From: Salinisphaeraceae bacterium
GTDB taxonomy: Bacteria; Pseudomonadota; Gammaproteobacteria; Nevskiales; Salinisphaeraceae
DNA length: 59,060 nucleotides
Reading direction: 5' to 3'
Assembly: GCA_041688215.1 (NCBI GenBank)
Contig: JBDNIO010000084.1
Span: 1-59,060, forward strand
The position numbers and the translations under genes were made by a program. Below the pieces are notes generated by a model that was not told the DNA's origin, did not search any database, and was given only the letters and a program-made list of their open reading frames with translations. Below, piece after piece: positions 42,235 through 52,688 of the stretch. Every line of letters starts with the position of its first letter. Position 1 is the stretch's first letter.

Positions 42235-42374
42235 TAACCACAGAGGAACAGAGAAACAGAGGACGTGGAACATATGCGCAAGCCACCCAGTCCACGAAGC
42301 AAACACAGGAAACATTATTTTGTTTCAATGCCTTAACCATTCTTCTCTCTGTTCCTCTGTTTCTCCGTGGTTAA
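42235..42374. repeat. TTAACCAC-type palindromic element inside the ABC operon spacer
   Basis: TAACCACAGAGGAACAGAGAAACAGAGG (42235-42262) against CTCTCTGTTCCTCTGTTTCTCCGTGGTTAA (42345-42374). About 24 of 28 positions are complementary and the centre is about 80 nt. Confidence 0.8.
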
Positions 42375-42397
42375 AAATTTTGGGCTCATTCCAGCCT

Positions 42398-43330
42398 TCA
42401 TGCTGCGTGTTTCGGCATATCGGGATCCGCGGTCAATTCCACAAATATGTCCTCCAGGGAGGGTTCGCGGGTACGCACGTCCTGCACGCGAAAACCGGCA
42501 TCGCGGATAGCTTCCAGCACATCGGCAATGTAATGTTTGCCCTGCTCCAGTTTTAGCTCGATTTCGTCGTCGTCGATGCGCTCGGCCAAGGCGCGGACCG
42601 CGTCCGGCAAACTGCCTTCGCCTTTTAAGCGTAATTTAAGAAAACGAAATGGATGGCGGTCCAGCAATGCGGTCTTTTCTTCCAGCACCTTGAGCTCGCC
42701 GTGGTGCAGAATCGCGATGCGGTCGCACAGCTCTTCCGCCTCTTCCAGATAATGCGTGGTCAGCACGATGGTATGGCCGGCCTTGTGCAGCCGCCGCGTG
42801 AAGCGCCACAGGGTGCGGCGCAGTTCTACGTCTACGCCGGCGGTGGGTTCGTCCAGAATAACCACGGAGGGCTTGTGCACCAGCGCCTGCGCGATGAGCA
42901 CACGGCGTTTCATGCCGCCGGAGAGCGCGCGCATGCTTTGGTTGCGTTTGTCGTTGAGTTTCAGTTCGTCCAGTAATTCATCTATCCACGGCCAGACTTC
43001 CTTGCCGCAGCCGTAGTAGCCGGCTTGCAGACGCAGCAAATCCTGTACCGGAAAGAACGGGTCATACACCAGCTCCTGCGGCACCACACCAAGATTTTTG
43101 CGCGCCGCCCGGTAAGCGCTGACTACATCATTGCCGAGCACGCTGACGCTGCCGCTGGTGGCGTGGGTCAGCCCCGCGATAATGTGGATCAGGGTCGATT
43201 TACCGGCGCCATTGGGGCCGAGCAGACCGAAAAACTCGCCACGCTGAATGTCGAACGTGACGCCTTTGAGCGCCTCGGTTTCGCCGAAGGATTTGCGCAC
43301 GTCTTTGATGGCAATTGCCGCGTCTTGCAT
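42398..43330 (-). CDS. ABC transporter ATP-binding protein (YadG-like)
   Basis: 310 aa. Walker A GPNGAGKST, signature LSGGMKRR, Walker B VVILDEPT. Confidence 0.92.
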   Translation of the reverse strand: MQDAAIAIKDVRKSFGETEALKGVTFDIQRGEFFGLLGPNGAGKSTLIHIIAGLTHATSGSVSVLGNDVVSAYRAARKNLGVVPQELVYDPFFPVQDLLRLQAGYYGCGKEVWPWIDELLDELKLNDKRNQSMRALSGGMKRRVLIAQALVHKPSVVILDEPTAGVDVELRRTLWRFTRRLHKAGHTIVLTTHYLEEAEELCDRIAILHHGELKVLEEKTALLDRHPFRFLKLRLKGEGSLPDAVRALAERIDDDEIELKLEQGKHYIADVLEAIRDAGFRVQDVRTREPSLEDIFVELTADPDMPKHAA

Positions 43331-43445
43331 GCTGGACGTCCATTCCGTTTCGTGAGGAGGCTGGACATTATACGCGTGCTGGCAAGCCCAATTCGGTTAA
43401 GATGCTGGCGGTTATATTTCCCCGTTACTATTGGACTGACCCGGC

Positions 43446-44408
43446 ATGTTGCTTAGTTTTTGCGCCGTTCTCGTTGGGCTGGGGGCACTGGTTTACAGTG
43501 CCGACCGCTTTATCGTCGGCGCCGCCGCCACCGCCAAACGCCTGGGCGTGCCGCCGTTGCTGGTCGGGCTTACCGTTGTCGGCATCGGCACTTCGTTGCC
43601 GGAAATCGTGGTCGCGATAATTGCCTCGCTCCAGGACAAGGCCGGACTGGCCATCGGCAACGCGATTGGCTCGAACATTACCAATATCGCGCTGGTTCTG
43701 GGGTTTTGCGCCCTGCTTGCGCCGCTTACCGTGCATGCTGCGCTGGTGCGCCGTGAAATGCCGGTGTTATTGGTTGTCAGCCTGCTGGCTTTCGCGCTCG
43801 CCTGGGACGGGCAGCATTCGGTATCTGATGGCGTCATCCTGCTGATCGGTCTGGCCGCGGTTCTCGGCGGTTTGGCGTGGATGGCCCAGCAGCAATCCGG
43901 CGCGGATCCGCTGACCGCGGAAATTCAGGCCGACACCGGTCCGGACATCTCCCCCGGCGCGGCGCTGGCCTGGCTATTGCTCGGCATGCTGCTGTTGCCG
44001 ATAAGCTCGCAGATACTGGTTTGGGGGGCGTCCAATATCGCGCTGGAACTTGGCGTCAGCGATCTGGTCATCGGCCTGACCATTGTTGCCGTCGGCACCA
44101 GTCTGCCGGAGCTGGCTACCGCGTTGTCGGCGTTAAAAAAAGGCGAACACGATCTGGTGCTGGGCAATGTCGTGGGTTCCAACCTGTTCAATATTCTCGC
44201 GGTTTTGTCCTTCCCCGCGCTGCTCGCACCCGGGTTTGTTCCAGACGGTCTTTTGTCGCGCGATTTACCCTTGATGCTGGCACTCACCGGGGTGCTATAT
44301 TTGATTTGCTGGGGCCCCAGGCCGCGCATCAGCCGCGTTCATGGTGGGTTGTTCCTGGCGATTTTCGTCGGCTACGAGGCGCTGCTATACGCCTCGCGAT
44401 TCCAATAG
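43446..44408 (+). CDS. yrbG: CaCA-family Na+/Ca2+ antiporter (YrbG-like)
   Basis: 320 aa. Two alpha-repeat motifs GTSLPE (VGIGTSLPEIV and VAVGTSLPELA). Located upstream of kdsD as in E. coli. Confidence 0.88.
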   Translation: MLLSFCAVLVGLGALVYSADRFIVGAAATAKRLGVPPLLVGLTVVGIGTSLPEIVVAIIASLQDKAGLAIGNAIGSNITNIALVLGFCALLAPLTVHAALVRREMPVLLVVSLLAFALAWDGQHSVSDGVILLIGLAAVLGGLAWMAQQQSGADPLTAEIQADTGPDISPGAALAWLLLGMLLLPISSQILVWGASNIALELGVSDLVIGLTIVAVGTSLPELATALSALKKGEHDLVLGNVVGSNLFNILAVLSFPALLAPGFVPDGLLSRDLPLMLALTGVLYLICWGPRPRISRVHGGLFLAIFVGYEALLYASRFQ

Positions 44409-44435
44409 CTCGAGCTAGGGCCGATAATAGAACGT

Positions 44436-45404
44436 ATGGATATTGAAAAACTGATTGCGCGGGGACGCCGTGTTATCGAGATCGAAGCCGACGCGGTGGC
44501 CGCGCTCACCCAACGTATTGATGCCGGTTTTGCCGGCGCCTGTGAATTACTGTTTGCCTGCGAAGGCCGCGTGGTGGTTACCGGCATGGGCAAGTCCGGG
44601 CACATTGGCGGCAAGATTGCGGCCACCCTGGCCTCTACCGGCACCCCGGCGTTTTTCGTGCACCCCGGCGAAGCCAGCCACGGCGACCTGGGTATGATTA
44701 CCGGCAACGATGTGGTGCTGGCATTGTCCAAATCAGGTGAAACCAGCGAGATATTGACTATTCTGCCCCTGATAAAACGCCTGGACGTACCGCTGATCGC
44801 GCTCACCGGCAATCCCGATTCCACCCTGGCGCGGCGCGCTGATGTGCATATTGATGTGCGCGTCGATTTAGAGGCGTGCCCGCTCGACTTGGCGCCAACC
44901 TCCAGCACCACCGCAACGCTTGCCATGGGCGACGCGCTGGCTATCGCATTACTGGAAGCGCGCGAATTCACCCAGGAAGATTTCGCCCGCGCGCATCCCG
45001 GCGGCTCGCTGGGCCGACGGCTGTTATTGCGCCTGGATGACGTCATGCACCGGGGTCAAAGCCTCCCGCTGGTAAAACAGGCCACCAACTTACGCGCGGC
45101 GCTGCTGGAAATGTCGGAAAAACAACTGGGAATGACCGGAATTATCGATGACTCCGGAACGCTCATCGGCGTTTTCACCGACGGCGATCTGCGCCGTGCG
45201 CTGGACGCGCAAGCCACCGTAGACACCCCCATTACTGAAGTTATGACCCGCAATCCACAAACCGGCCAGCCGGACATGCTCGCCGCCGAGGCACTGAAAA
45301 TTATGCAGAACAAGAAAATAAACGGCCTGATTATTGTCGATCAGGGCAACATTCCAGTGGGCGCCATGAATATGCACGACCTGCTGCGCGCGGGGGTGGT
45401 ATGA
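44436..45404 (+). CDS. kdsD: Arabinose-5-phosphate isomerase
   Basis: 322 aa. SIS domain (VVVTGMGKSGHIG) plus two CBS domains. Confidence 0.95.
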   Translation: MDIEKLIARGRRVIEIEADAVAALTQRIDAGFAGACELLFACEGRVVVTGMGKSGHIGGKIAATLASTGTPAFFVHPGEASHGDLGMITGNDVVLALSKSGETSEILTILPLIKRLDVPLIALTGNPDSTLARRADVHIDVRVDLEACPLDLAPTSSTTATLAMGDALAIALLEAREFTQEDFARAHPGGSLGRRLLLRLDDVMHRGQSLPLVKQATNLRAALLEMSEKQLGMTGIIDDSGTLIGVFTDGDLRRALDAQATVDTPITEVMTRNPQTGQPDMLAAEALKIMQNKKINGLIIVDQGNIPVGAMNMHDLLRAGVV

Positions 45405-45904
45405 GCGACGAACTGACAGCCAAAGCACAAAAAATTCGCCTGGTTATATTTGATGTAGACGGCGTAATGACCGATGGGCGCCTGTACCTAGGCCCCGACC
45501 GCGCCGAATTCAAAAGCATGCACGTGCGCGATGGCCTGGGCCTGAAACGTCTGCAGGCCATGGACATTACCCCGGCGGTGATCAGCGGACGCCCCAGCCG
45601 CGCGGTGGAAGACCGCTTGCTGGAACTGGGCCTGCAGTACATTTATCTGAGCATTGAAGACAAACCCGCGGTGTTTCAGGAGTTGTGCGAGATTCTGGAT
45701 GTTACGCCGGCCCAATGCGCCGTCATGGGTGACGACCTGCCCGATTTACCGCTGATGCAAGCCGCCGGTCTGGCGCTATGCGTGGCCGACGCGGTACCCG
45801 AAGTGCTGGCCGCGGCCGACTGGGTCAGCAGCCGCAACGGCGGCGACGGCGCGGTGCGTGAAGCCTGCGACTTCATCATCACCGCGCAGGAATCCGGCGC
45901 GTGA
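45401..45904 (+). CDS. kdsC: KDO-8-phosphate phosphatase
   Basis: 167 aa HAD protein. IRLVIFDVDGVMTDG and GDDLPDLP. Confidence 0.93.
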   Translation: MSDELTAKAQKIRLVIFDVDGVMTDGRLYLGPDRAEFKSMHVRDGLGLKRLQAMDITPAVISGRPSRAVEDRLLELGLQYIYLSIEDKPAVFQELCEILDVTPAQCAVMGDDLPDLPLMQAAGLALCVADAVPEVLAAADWVSSRNGGDGAVREACDFIITAQESGA

Positions 45905-46449
45905 TACGCGCTGCGTTTATTGTGATGGCGCTGGCGCTGGTGGTGGTCCTGGGCGCCCGTATTGTCGATGTGCGCTCACCCGAAGCAAAGGCCAAACTCG
46001 ACACCCCCAACGACAGCGATTACTACATGCTCGACGCCGTGGTACGGCAAATGGACGAAAACGGCGTGCCCAAATACCGTATGACCGCCGCCGAAACCCT
46101 GCACTTTCCGGACGAGTCCGCACGCCTGACCGACATTCACGTAAACTACCAGGGCGAGTCCGACAACCAGTGGGACCTGCAAGCCGCGCGCGGACGCATC
46201 CCCGCCGGCAAACGCGATATCCTGTTGCACGACGGGGTGGAACTCATACGCGAACACGAGGGCCAAAGGCGCATACAGGTCAACACCGAACGCGCCTGGG
46301 TACGCCCAGACGAGGATCAGGTCGATACCGATGTAGCGGTTACGGCCAGCGCGCCGGGCCAGAGCGTCTCCGCCGTGGGCATGACCTTGCTTTTAAAACA
46401 GAACCGGGTGATTTTGAATAACAATGTACAGGTTACTTACCAACCTTAG
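45901..46449 (+). CDS. lptC: LPS export protein LptC
   Basis: 182 aa with an N-terminal TM anchor, located between kdsC and lptA. Confidence 0.75.
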   Translation: MIRAAFIVMALALVVVLGARIVDVRSPEAKAKLDTPNDSDYYMLDAVVRQMDENGVPKYRMTAAETLHFPDESARLTDIHVNYQGESDNQWDLQAARGRIPAGKRDILLHDGVELIREHEGQRRIQVNTERAWVRPDEDQVDTDVAVTASAPGQSVSAVGMTLLLKQNRVILNNNVQVTYQP

Positions 46450-46999
46450 CTGGGCACTGTCAGTGACACTGGGCCTCGCGTGGTTCAGCACCGCGCTGAA
46501 CGCGCAAACCCGTGACCAGCCAATACAGATCGAGGCCAACAAGGCAGAGTATTCCGACCGCACCGGCATCAGCACCTATAACGGCAATGTGGTGCTCACC
46601 CAGGGCAAACTGGTATTGCACGGCGACATGCTGACCGTGACACGCAACAAGGACAGCGGCAATATCGAGGCCGTGCTTAAAGGCGACCCGGCAACCCTGG
46701 AAAAACCGGCAGACAAAGACAATCCCGAACCGGTTGATGGCCGCGCGCAAAGCATGCAATACAACTCCGGCGAAGCCGTGCTTGTACTCACCGGCAACGC
46801 GCAGGTAACACGCGGCGGCGACGCTATCAGCGGCGAAACCATCAAGCACTATCTGAACAGCGCGCGCACGCAAGCCTTGAGCTCCGGCAGCGGTGAGCGC
46901 GTAAAAATCACCATTCAACCAGATACCGCGGACGAAGCCGGCGGGCCCGAAACCGAATCCTCAACCCCCAACGCAGAACAGGAGCCGGCCACGCCATGA
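46424..46999 (+). CDS. lptA: LPS transport periplasmic protein LptA
   Basis: 191 aa. Signal peptide and an OstA-like region [29 protein letters not shown]. Confidence 0.88.
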   Translation: MYRLLTNLSWALSVTLGLAWFSTALNAQTRDQPIQIEANKAEYSDRTGISTYNGNVVLTQGKLVLHGDMLTVTRNKDSGNIEAVLKGDPATLEKPADKDNPEPVDGRAQSMQYNSGEAVLVLTGNAQVTRGGDAISGETIKHYLNSARTQALSSGSGERVKITIQPDTADEAGGPETESSTPNAEQEPATP

Positions 47000-47727
47000 C
47001 TAAAAGCGTGCTGCGCGCCGAAGGCCTATGCAAACGCTACCGCGGGCGCGACGTGGTGAAAGACGTTTCGCTGGACGTGCGAGGCGGCGAAATCGTGGGC
47101 CTGCTCGGCCCCAACGGCGCCGGCAAAACCACCTCCTTCTACATGATCGTTGGCCTGGCTACACCGGATAGCGGCAGCATCTTCCTCGACGACAAAAACA
47201 TCACCAACTCCCCCATGCACCGGCGCGCGCAAATGGGCGTGGGCTATCTGCCGCAGGAAGCGTCGGTTTTTCGCAAGCTGTCGGTTGCCGACAACATCAT
47301 GGCGATTCTGCAGGTGCGTAAAGACCTGGACCGGCAACAGCGCGAAGACCGTTTGACCGACCTTATGGACGAACTCTCCATCGGCCACATCAGGGACAGC
47401 CAGGGCCTGAACTTGTCCGGCGGCGAACGCCGGCGGGTAGAGATCGCCCGTGCACTGGCGGCCGAACCCAGCTTTATTTTGCTGGATGAGCCCTTCGCCG
47501 GCATCGACCCCATCTCCATCGGCGATATCCGCAGTATTGTCAAACACTTGCAGGGTCGCGGCATCGGCGTGCTGATTACCGACCACAACGTGCGCGAAAC
47601 CTTGGGGATTTGCGAGCGCGCCTATATTTTAAGCCAGGGCAGTGTAATTGCCGCCGGCGACCGCGAGACCGTGCTCGCCGACGAGCAGGTGCGCGACGTG
47701 TACCTGGGGCAAGATTTTCGCCTATGA
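46996..47727 (+). CDS. lptB: LPS export ABC ATPase LptB
   Basis: 243 aa. [24 protein letters not shown] and ILLDEPFAG. Confidence 0.96.
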   Translation: MTKSVLRAEGLCKRYRGRDVVKDVSLDVRGGEIVGLLGPNGAGKTTSFYMIVGLATPDSGSIFLDDKNITNSPMHRRAQMGVGYLPQEASVFRKLSVADNIMAILQVRKDLDRQQREDRLTDLMDELSIGHIRDSQGLNLSGGERRRVEIARALAAEPSFILLDEPFAGIDPISIGDIRSIVKHLQGRGIGVLITDHNVRETLGICERAYILSQGSVIAAGDRETVLADEQVRDVYLGQDFRL

Positions 47728-49193
47728 AGCAATCCATATCGCTCAAGCTCGGCCAGAGTCTGACCATGACGCCGGCACTGCAGCAGGCGATAAAGATGCT
47801 GCAGTTGTCGACCCTGGACTTGCAAATGGAAATCCAGGACGCGCTCGATTCCAACCTGATGCTGGAAAACGACCAGGGAGATGACCAGGGAGCTGACCAA
47901 AGAGAAGAAAATCCGGATGTCATCGAACCGGTCGATGCCAGAAACGCAGAACAGCAGGCTTCTTCAGACGAAAACATACCGGAAAACCTGCCGGTCGATG
48001 CGGACTGGGACGACATTTATCAAAGTGCCCCGCCCAGCCAGGGCAGCCGTAACCTCGACGACGAAGCCCTGCGCGAATACCACCAGGCCAATCTGCACAG
48101 CACTCCGGATTTACATGAGCACCTGACCTGGCAAGCCAGCCTATATTCTTTTAATGAAGTGGCCCGCGCGGCCGCCGCCTACATCATCGACGCCATCGAC
48201 GAGCATGGTTATCTGCGAGACTGGCCCGATCTTGAGCACCGGCTTACGAGCGAACTGAAGCCGAGCGCCGAAGCCCTGGAGCACACGTTGCACTGTGTGC
48301 AGGAATTCGATCCCCCCGGCATCGCCGCGCGCAACCTGGCCGAGTGCCTGAGTATTCAGTTGCAGCAAATGGATGCCGAGACGCCGGGGCGCGAAATTGC
48401 ACTGCGCCTGACCCGCGCGCAGTTACTGGAAACCATTGCTACCGGCCATTTCTCTGCAATCAAACAACGCCTGGACATCAGCGACGACGACGCTCTGCAA
48501 ACCGCACTGGCGCTTATCCAGCACCTGCAGCCCCACCCCGGCGATGCGTTCAGCGAACACGAATCGCAATACGTCGTACCCGAGGTTTTCGTCAGCAAGC
48601 AACAGGGCCGCTGGCAGGTTTCGCTCAACCCGGACATCGCCCCCAAACTGCGTATAAACGCCGAATATCAGGCGCTTATCAAGCGCGCCGACAAAAGCGA
48701 GGACCAGGCCACACTGAGAGAACATCTGCAGGAAGCGCGCTTTTTTCTCAATAGCCTAAAAAGCCGCAACGAGACGCTGCTGCGGGTGGCCCAGCGCATA
48801 GTTGAAGCGCAACGCGCTTTCCTTGATTATGGCGAAGAGGCTATGAAACCACTGGTACTAAGAGACGTCGCCGATAAGCTGGGCATCCACGAGTCCACGG
48901 TATCGCGCGCTACTGCAAATAAATATATGCAGACCCCGCGCGGCCTTTTCGAGTTGAAATATTTCTTCTCCAGCCATGTGCAAACCACCAACGGCGGCAC
49001 CTGTTCGGCCACCGCGATTCAGGCCATGATCAAACGTATGGTGGGCGCCGAACAGGTCGACAAGCCATTCTCCGACAATAAACTGGCAGATTTGCTGCTG
49101 GAAGAAGGCATCAAGGTGGCGCGCCGCACTATTGCCAAGTATCGTGAAGGACTCAACATTCTGCCGTCGCACGAGCGGCGGCAGCAAGCGTGA
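47724..49193 (+). CDS. rpoN: RNA polymerase sigma-54
   Basis: 489 aa from [13 protein letters not shown] (ATGA overlap with the lptB stop). RpoN box [10 protein letters not shown]. The ORF-track start 47610 is over-extended. Confidence 0.98.
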   Translation: MKQSISLKLGQSLTMTPALQQAIKMLQLSTLDLQMEIQDALDSNLMLENDQGDDQGADQREENPDVIEPVDARNAEQQASSDENIPENLPVDADWDDIYQSAPPSQGSRNLDDEALREYHQANLHSTPDLHEHLTWQASLYSFNEVARAAAAYIIDAIDEHGYLRDWPDLEHRLTSELKPSAEALEHTLHCVQEFDPPGIAARNLAECLSIQLQQMDAETPGREIALRLTRAQLLETIATGHFSAIKQRLDISDDDALQTALALIQHLQPHPGDAFSEHESQYVVPEVFVSKQQGRWQVSLNPDIAPKLRINAEYQALIKRADKSEDQATLREHLQEARFFLNSLKSRNETLLRVAQRIVEAQRAFLDYGEEAMKPLVLRDVADKLGIHESTVSRATANKYMQTPRGLFELKYFFSSHVQTTNGGTCSATAIQAMIKRMVGAEQVDKPFSDNKLADLLLEEGIKVARRTIAKYREGLNILPSHERRQQA

Positions 49194-49272
49194 TGCGCCC
49201 AGAATAAAATACAGGAATTTTATCCGTCCAGGCTCGGATTGAGCCCGTCACAATGTCAAAAAGGAGTACAGC

Positions 49273-49626
49273 ATGAATCTAAATATCTCCGGCCACCATA
49301 TGGACATGACCGACGCATTACGCGATTACGTAACCAGTAAAATGGAACGCGTGGAACGCCATTTTGACCATGTGATCGACGCCGACATCGTGCTCGAAGT
49401 TGAAAAAGAGCGCAGAAAGGCCGAAGCCACCCTCAAGCTCAGCGGCGCCACCCTGCACGCCGACGCCGAACATACAGATATGTACGCCGCCATCGACGCC
49501 ATGATCGACAAGCTCGACCGGCAAACCCGAAAATTCAAGGAAAAACTTACCAATCACCACAACCAGGAAGGCCTGCGCGCGAATGCTACAGCCACCGCCA
49601 ACGCCAATATGGACGGGCTGGGTTAA
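49273..49626 (+). CDS. hpf: Ribosome hibernation promoting factor
   Basis: 117 aa. MNLNISGHHMDMTDALRDYV. Located downstream of rpoN. Confidence 0.92.
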   Translation: MNLNISGHHMDMTDALRDYVTSKMERVERHFDHVIDADIVLEVEKERRKAEATLKLSGATLHADAEHTDMYAAIDAMIDKLDRQTRKFKEKLTNHHNQEGLRANATATANANMDGLG

Positions 49627-49674
49627 ACCCCTCCCCGTTCGCAACCGCACCGTGTTCCGTCAACTGGATAACCC

Positions 49675-50145
49675 ATGAGCATAGCCGAAATCATTACCTC
49701 CGACCGCGCCCAGATACTCGAAGATGTCACCAGCAAAAAACGTGCGCTGGAAAGACTTTCGGACATTCTGGGCGAAGCCACCCCTTACGTGTCCAACAAC
49801 GAAATTTTCACCGCGCTGGTCGGGCGGGAAAAGTTGGGCAGCACCGGCATCGGCGATGGCGTGGGAATTCCACACGGTCGTCTTAAAGGTCTGAACGAAT
49901 GCGTTGGCGCCATGGTGCGGCTGGACAAGGGCATAGACTTTGAAGCCCCCGATGAGGCCTCGGTGGATATCCTGTTCGGTTTGCTGGTGCCGCAGGAATC
50001 CACCGAGGATCATTTGAAAATCCTGCGTAATCTGGCAGAGATTTTTTCCGAAGCCGATTGCCTCAAACGTCTGCGTGCGGCCGCCAGCGGCCAGGACCTG
50101 CTCGATGCCCTGCTCGAATTCGATCAGGTCTCCCAGGCGGATTAG
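49675..50145 (+). CDS. ptsN: PTS EIIA-Ntr
   Basis: 156 aa. Phospho-His region GIGDGVGIPHGRL. Confidence 0.92.
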   Translation: MSIAEIITSDRAQILEDVTSKKRALERLSDILGEATPYVSNNEIFTALVGREKLGSTGIGDGVGIPHGRLKGLNECVGAMVRLDKGIDFEAPDEASVDILFGLLVPQESTEDHLKILRNLAEIFSEADCLKRLRAAASGQDLLDALLEFDQVSQAD

Positions 50146-50171
50146 GGCCGCCTCGCCGGTTAGCACCCAGC

Positions 50172-51143
50172 ATGAATGAGGGCATAGCCGATACACTCAG
50201 CGATAGCCTGAGTGTTGCCTCGCTGCACGCTCAGTTGGGCGAGTTATTGGCGCTGAACTGGCGAGACCCAAGCCGCAACGGCGCGCACCGCAAACTGGCG
50301 GCCACCGGCAGCGGCGGCCGTCCGGTGCCGCTGGTGGGCTATCTGAACTTCATCCAGCCGCCACAGGCGCAGATTGTCGGGGCCGCGGAACGCCGTTACC
50401 TGGATGAAATCAGCCCGCAGCAACGCGATGATTCTTTCGACCGAATCACCACCGGCGACACTGTACTGGTTGTTATTGCAGACAATGAAAACCTGCCCGC
50501 CGAGCTACTGGATACCCTGCACCGCGCACAAATCGCGGTACTGGAAACCGTGCAACCCAGCCATAAGATCGCCTATCACCTGCGCCATTTTCTCGGCCGT
50601 GCGCTGGCGCGTACAATTACAGTTCACGGCGTTTTTCTGGAAATTCTGAGTCTCGGGGTGCTGATTACCGGCAAGGCCGGCGTCGGCAAAAGCGAGCTGG
50701 CGCTGGAACTCATTAACCGCGGCCACCGTCTGGTAGCCGACGATGCCGCCGAGTTTGCCCTGCTCGGGCCCGATGATCTCAACGGCGGCTGCCCGCCGAT
50801 ACTGCAGGATTTTCTGGAAGTTCGCGGCCTGGGCATCCTCAACATCCGCGCAATGTTCGGCGAGGCCGCCATAAAACGCCGCAAGCAACTGGGCCTGAGC
50901 ATCCACCTGATGCGTCCGCAAACGCCCGACTTGCCGGCCGAAAACCGCCTCAGTGGCAATCGCCGCAGCCGGGACATCCTGGATGTGACCATTCCCGAGA
51001 TCACCCTGCCCGTCGCCGCCGGTCATAACCTCGGGGTGATGGTGGAAGCCGCCTGCCGTGACCACCTGTTACGCATGCAGGGTTATCGCTCGGATGAGGT
51101 GTTTGCCGACCGCCAGCAGCAAAGCATGGACCAGGGCCTGTGA
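50172..51143 (+). CDS. hprK: HPr kinase/phosphorylase
   Basis: 323 aa from MNEGIADTL. P-loop GKAGVGKSELALEL, followed by ADDAAEF and LEVRGLGILNI. The ORF-track start 50058 overlaps ptsN. Confidence 0.9.
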   Translation: MNEGIADTLSDSLSVASLHAQLGELLALNWRDPSRNGAHRKLAATGSGGRPVPLVGYLNFIQPPQAQIVGAAERRYLDEISPQQRDDSFDRITTGDTVLVVIADNENLPAELLDTLHRAQIAVLETVQPSHKIAYHLRHFLGRALARTITVHGVFLEILSLGVLITGKAGVGKSELALELINRGHRLVADDAAEFALLGPDDLNGGCPPILQDFLEVRGLGILNIRAMFGEAAIKRRKQLGLSIHLMRPQTPDLPAENRLSGNRRSRDILDVTIPEITLPVAAGHNLGVMVEAACRDHLLRMQGYRSDEVFADRQQQSMDQGL

Positions 51144-51168
51144 ACGCTGATGAAATCGTCGCGCCGCA

Positions 51169-51378
51169 GGCCATTTTTTCGCAAGACAAGGCGTTGTGGG
51201 CGCAGTGTGGCCGCCTACACAAGCTCACAACAACGCAGGATTGTGGAAAAATGGCCCGCGTCCCCTTTAAAATATTAGTGAGGGGTTGCGCCCAAAATGT
51301 GGCCATGCGGCGTTGCTCGTCGTTCATTTGGCCCACCAAACTTCTATCCTCGCGTCTTGCCTGGCCGCATTTTGGGCG
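51169..51378 (+). repeat. Two tandem ~90-nt stem-loops with related stems
   Basis: GGCCATTTTT (51169-51178) pairs with AAAAATGGCC (51247-51256). CGCCCAAAATGTGGCC (51289-51304) pairs with GGCCGCATTTTGGGCG (51363-51378) at 15 of 16 positions. Confidence 0.7.
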
Positions 51379-51417
51379 GCAACGCGGCGCTCTCATCAGC
51401 GTTCACAGGCCCTCGGC

Positions 51418-52275
51418 ATGAGAGTCATCGTCATCAGTGGCCTGGCCGGGTCCGGCAAATCCGTGGCGCTGGATATGCTTGAGGACCTGGGCTATTACTG
51501 CATAGATAACCTGCCGATCAGTCTGCTGCGCGATATAACCGCCGACACGATTCGCGCGCAGGACCAGCACTTCGACAAGCTGGCGGTGGGTGTGGATGCG
51601 CGGGCGCGATTGTCTGATATCAGCGCGTTCCCCGAGCGTGTGGCAAGCCTTAAAGCCGCCGGCATAGACATTCAGGTCATCTACCTGGAAGCCAGCCCCG
51701 AGGTTATCCTGCGCCGTTATTCGGAAACCCGTCGCAAACATCCGCTTACCAACCCGCAGCGACCGCTGACCGAAGCCGTTGCGGCGGATCGGGAGTTGCT
51801 GCGTCCCATCGCCGAAGAGGCCGATCTGGTGCTGGACACCAGCCACAGCAACATCCACCAGTTACGCGAATTGATCCGCACCCGGGTGGAGGCCAGCAGC
51901 GAAGGCGGCATGTCCGTACTGCTGCAATCCTTCGGCTTCAAGCATGGCGTGCCCGATGCGGTAGACTTCGTATTTGATGTGCGTTGCCTGCCCAATCCGC
52001 ATTGGGTTGAGGCATTGCGCAACAAAACAGGGCTGGATGACGAAGTCGCCCAGCATCTCGAGAAATCGCCTGAGGTGCATGAAATGCTGCAAGACATTGG
52101 CAACTTCGCCGAATCCTGGCTACCCAATTTCCAACGCGAGAATCGCGCGTATATCACCATCGCGATAGGCTGTACCGGCGGCACACATCGTTCGGTTTAT
52201 CTGGTTGAACGCCTGGCCGAACGCTTACAAAAAGACTACCCGCTTACGCTGGTACGGCATACGGAACTGCCATGA
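51418..52275 (+). CDS. rapZ: RNase adapter / nucleotide-binding protein RapZ
   Basis: 285 aa from MRVIVISGLAGSGKSVAL, with C-terminal CTGGTHRSV. The ORF-track start 51286 is over-extended. Confidence 0.93.
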   Translation: MRVIVISGLAGSGKSVALDMLEDLGYYCIDNLPISLLRDITADTIRAQDQHFDKLAVGVDARARLSDISAFPERVASLKAAGIDIQVIYLEASPEVILRRYSETRRKHPLTNPQRPLTEAVAADRELLRPIAEEADLVLDTSHSNIHQLRELIRTRVEASSEGGMSVLLQSFGFKHGVPDAVDFVFDVRCLPNPHWVEALRNKTGLDDEVAQHLEKSPEVHEMLQDIGNFAESWLPNFQRENRAYITIAIGCTGGTHRSVYLVERLAERLQKDYPLTLVRHTELP

Positions 52276-52688
52276 TTGCCGTGCTTCTGGTCACCCACGG
52301 CCATATTGGCCAGAACCTGGTGGACACCGCCAGCAACATGTTGGGCGAACTAAGCCTGCGCACCGATATTATTGAAGTCGGCCGCGACGACGACCCCGAT
52401 GAGCGCGTGCAGGCCACGCAAAAGGCTGCGCAGGCGCTGGACCAGGGCGACGGCGTGCTGTTACTGACCGACGCCTTCGGCTCTACGCCCAGTAACGTGG
52501 CCAACAAAGCCGCTGCCCAGAATAACTATCGCGTCGTCGCTGGGGTAAATCTACCCATGCTCGTGCGCGTTTACAATTATCCAAAACTCGAACTGGAAGA
52601 CATCGTGGCCAGCGCCGTGGAAGCTGGCCGCCAAGGGGTCATGCCCTGTTCGCCACCGCAACCTTCGAAGAAGCAGAAAAATGCCTGA
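52272..52688 (+). CDS. PTS EIIA component, mannose/fructose family
   Basis: 138 aa. MIAVLLVTHGHIG (phospho-His region). ATGA overlap with rapZ. Confidence 0.8.
   Translation: MIAVLLVTHGHIGQNLVDTASNMLGELSLRTDIIEVGRDDDPDERVQATQKAAQALDQGDGVLLLTDAFGSTPSNVANKAAAQNNYRVVAGVNLPMLVRVYNYPKLELEDIVASAVEAGRQGVMPCSPPQPSKKQKNA

Noticed and set aside
44372-45046. 224-aa minus-strand ORF
   Set aside because: It is antisense to kdsD and Ser/Arg/Ala-rich, with no motifs.
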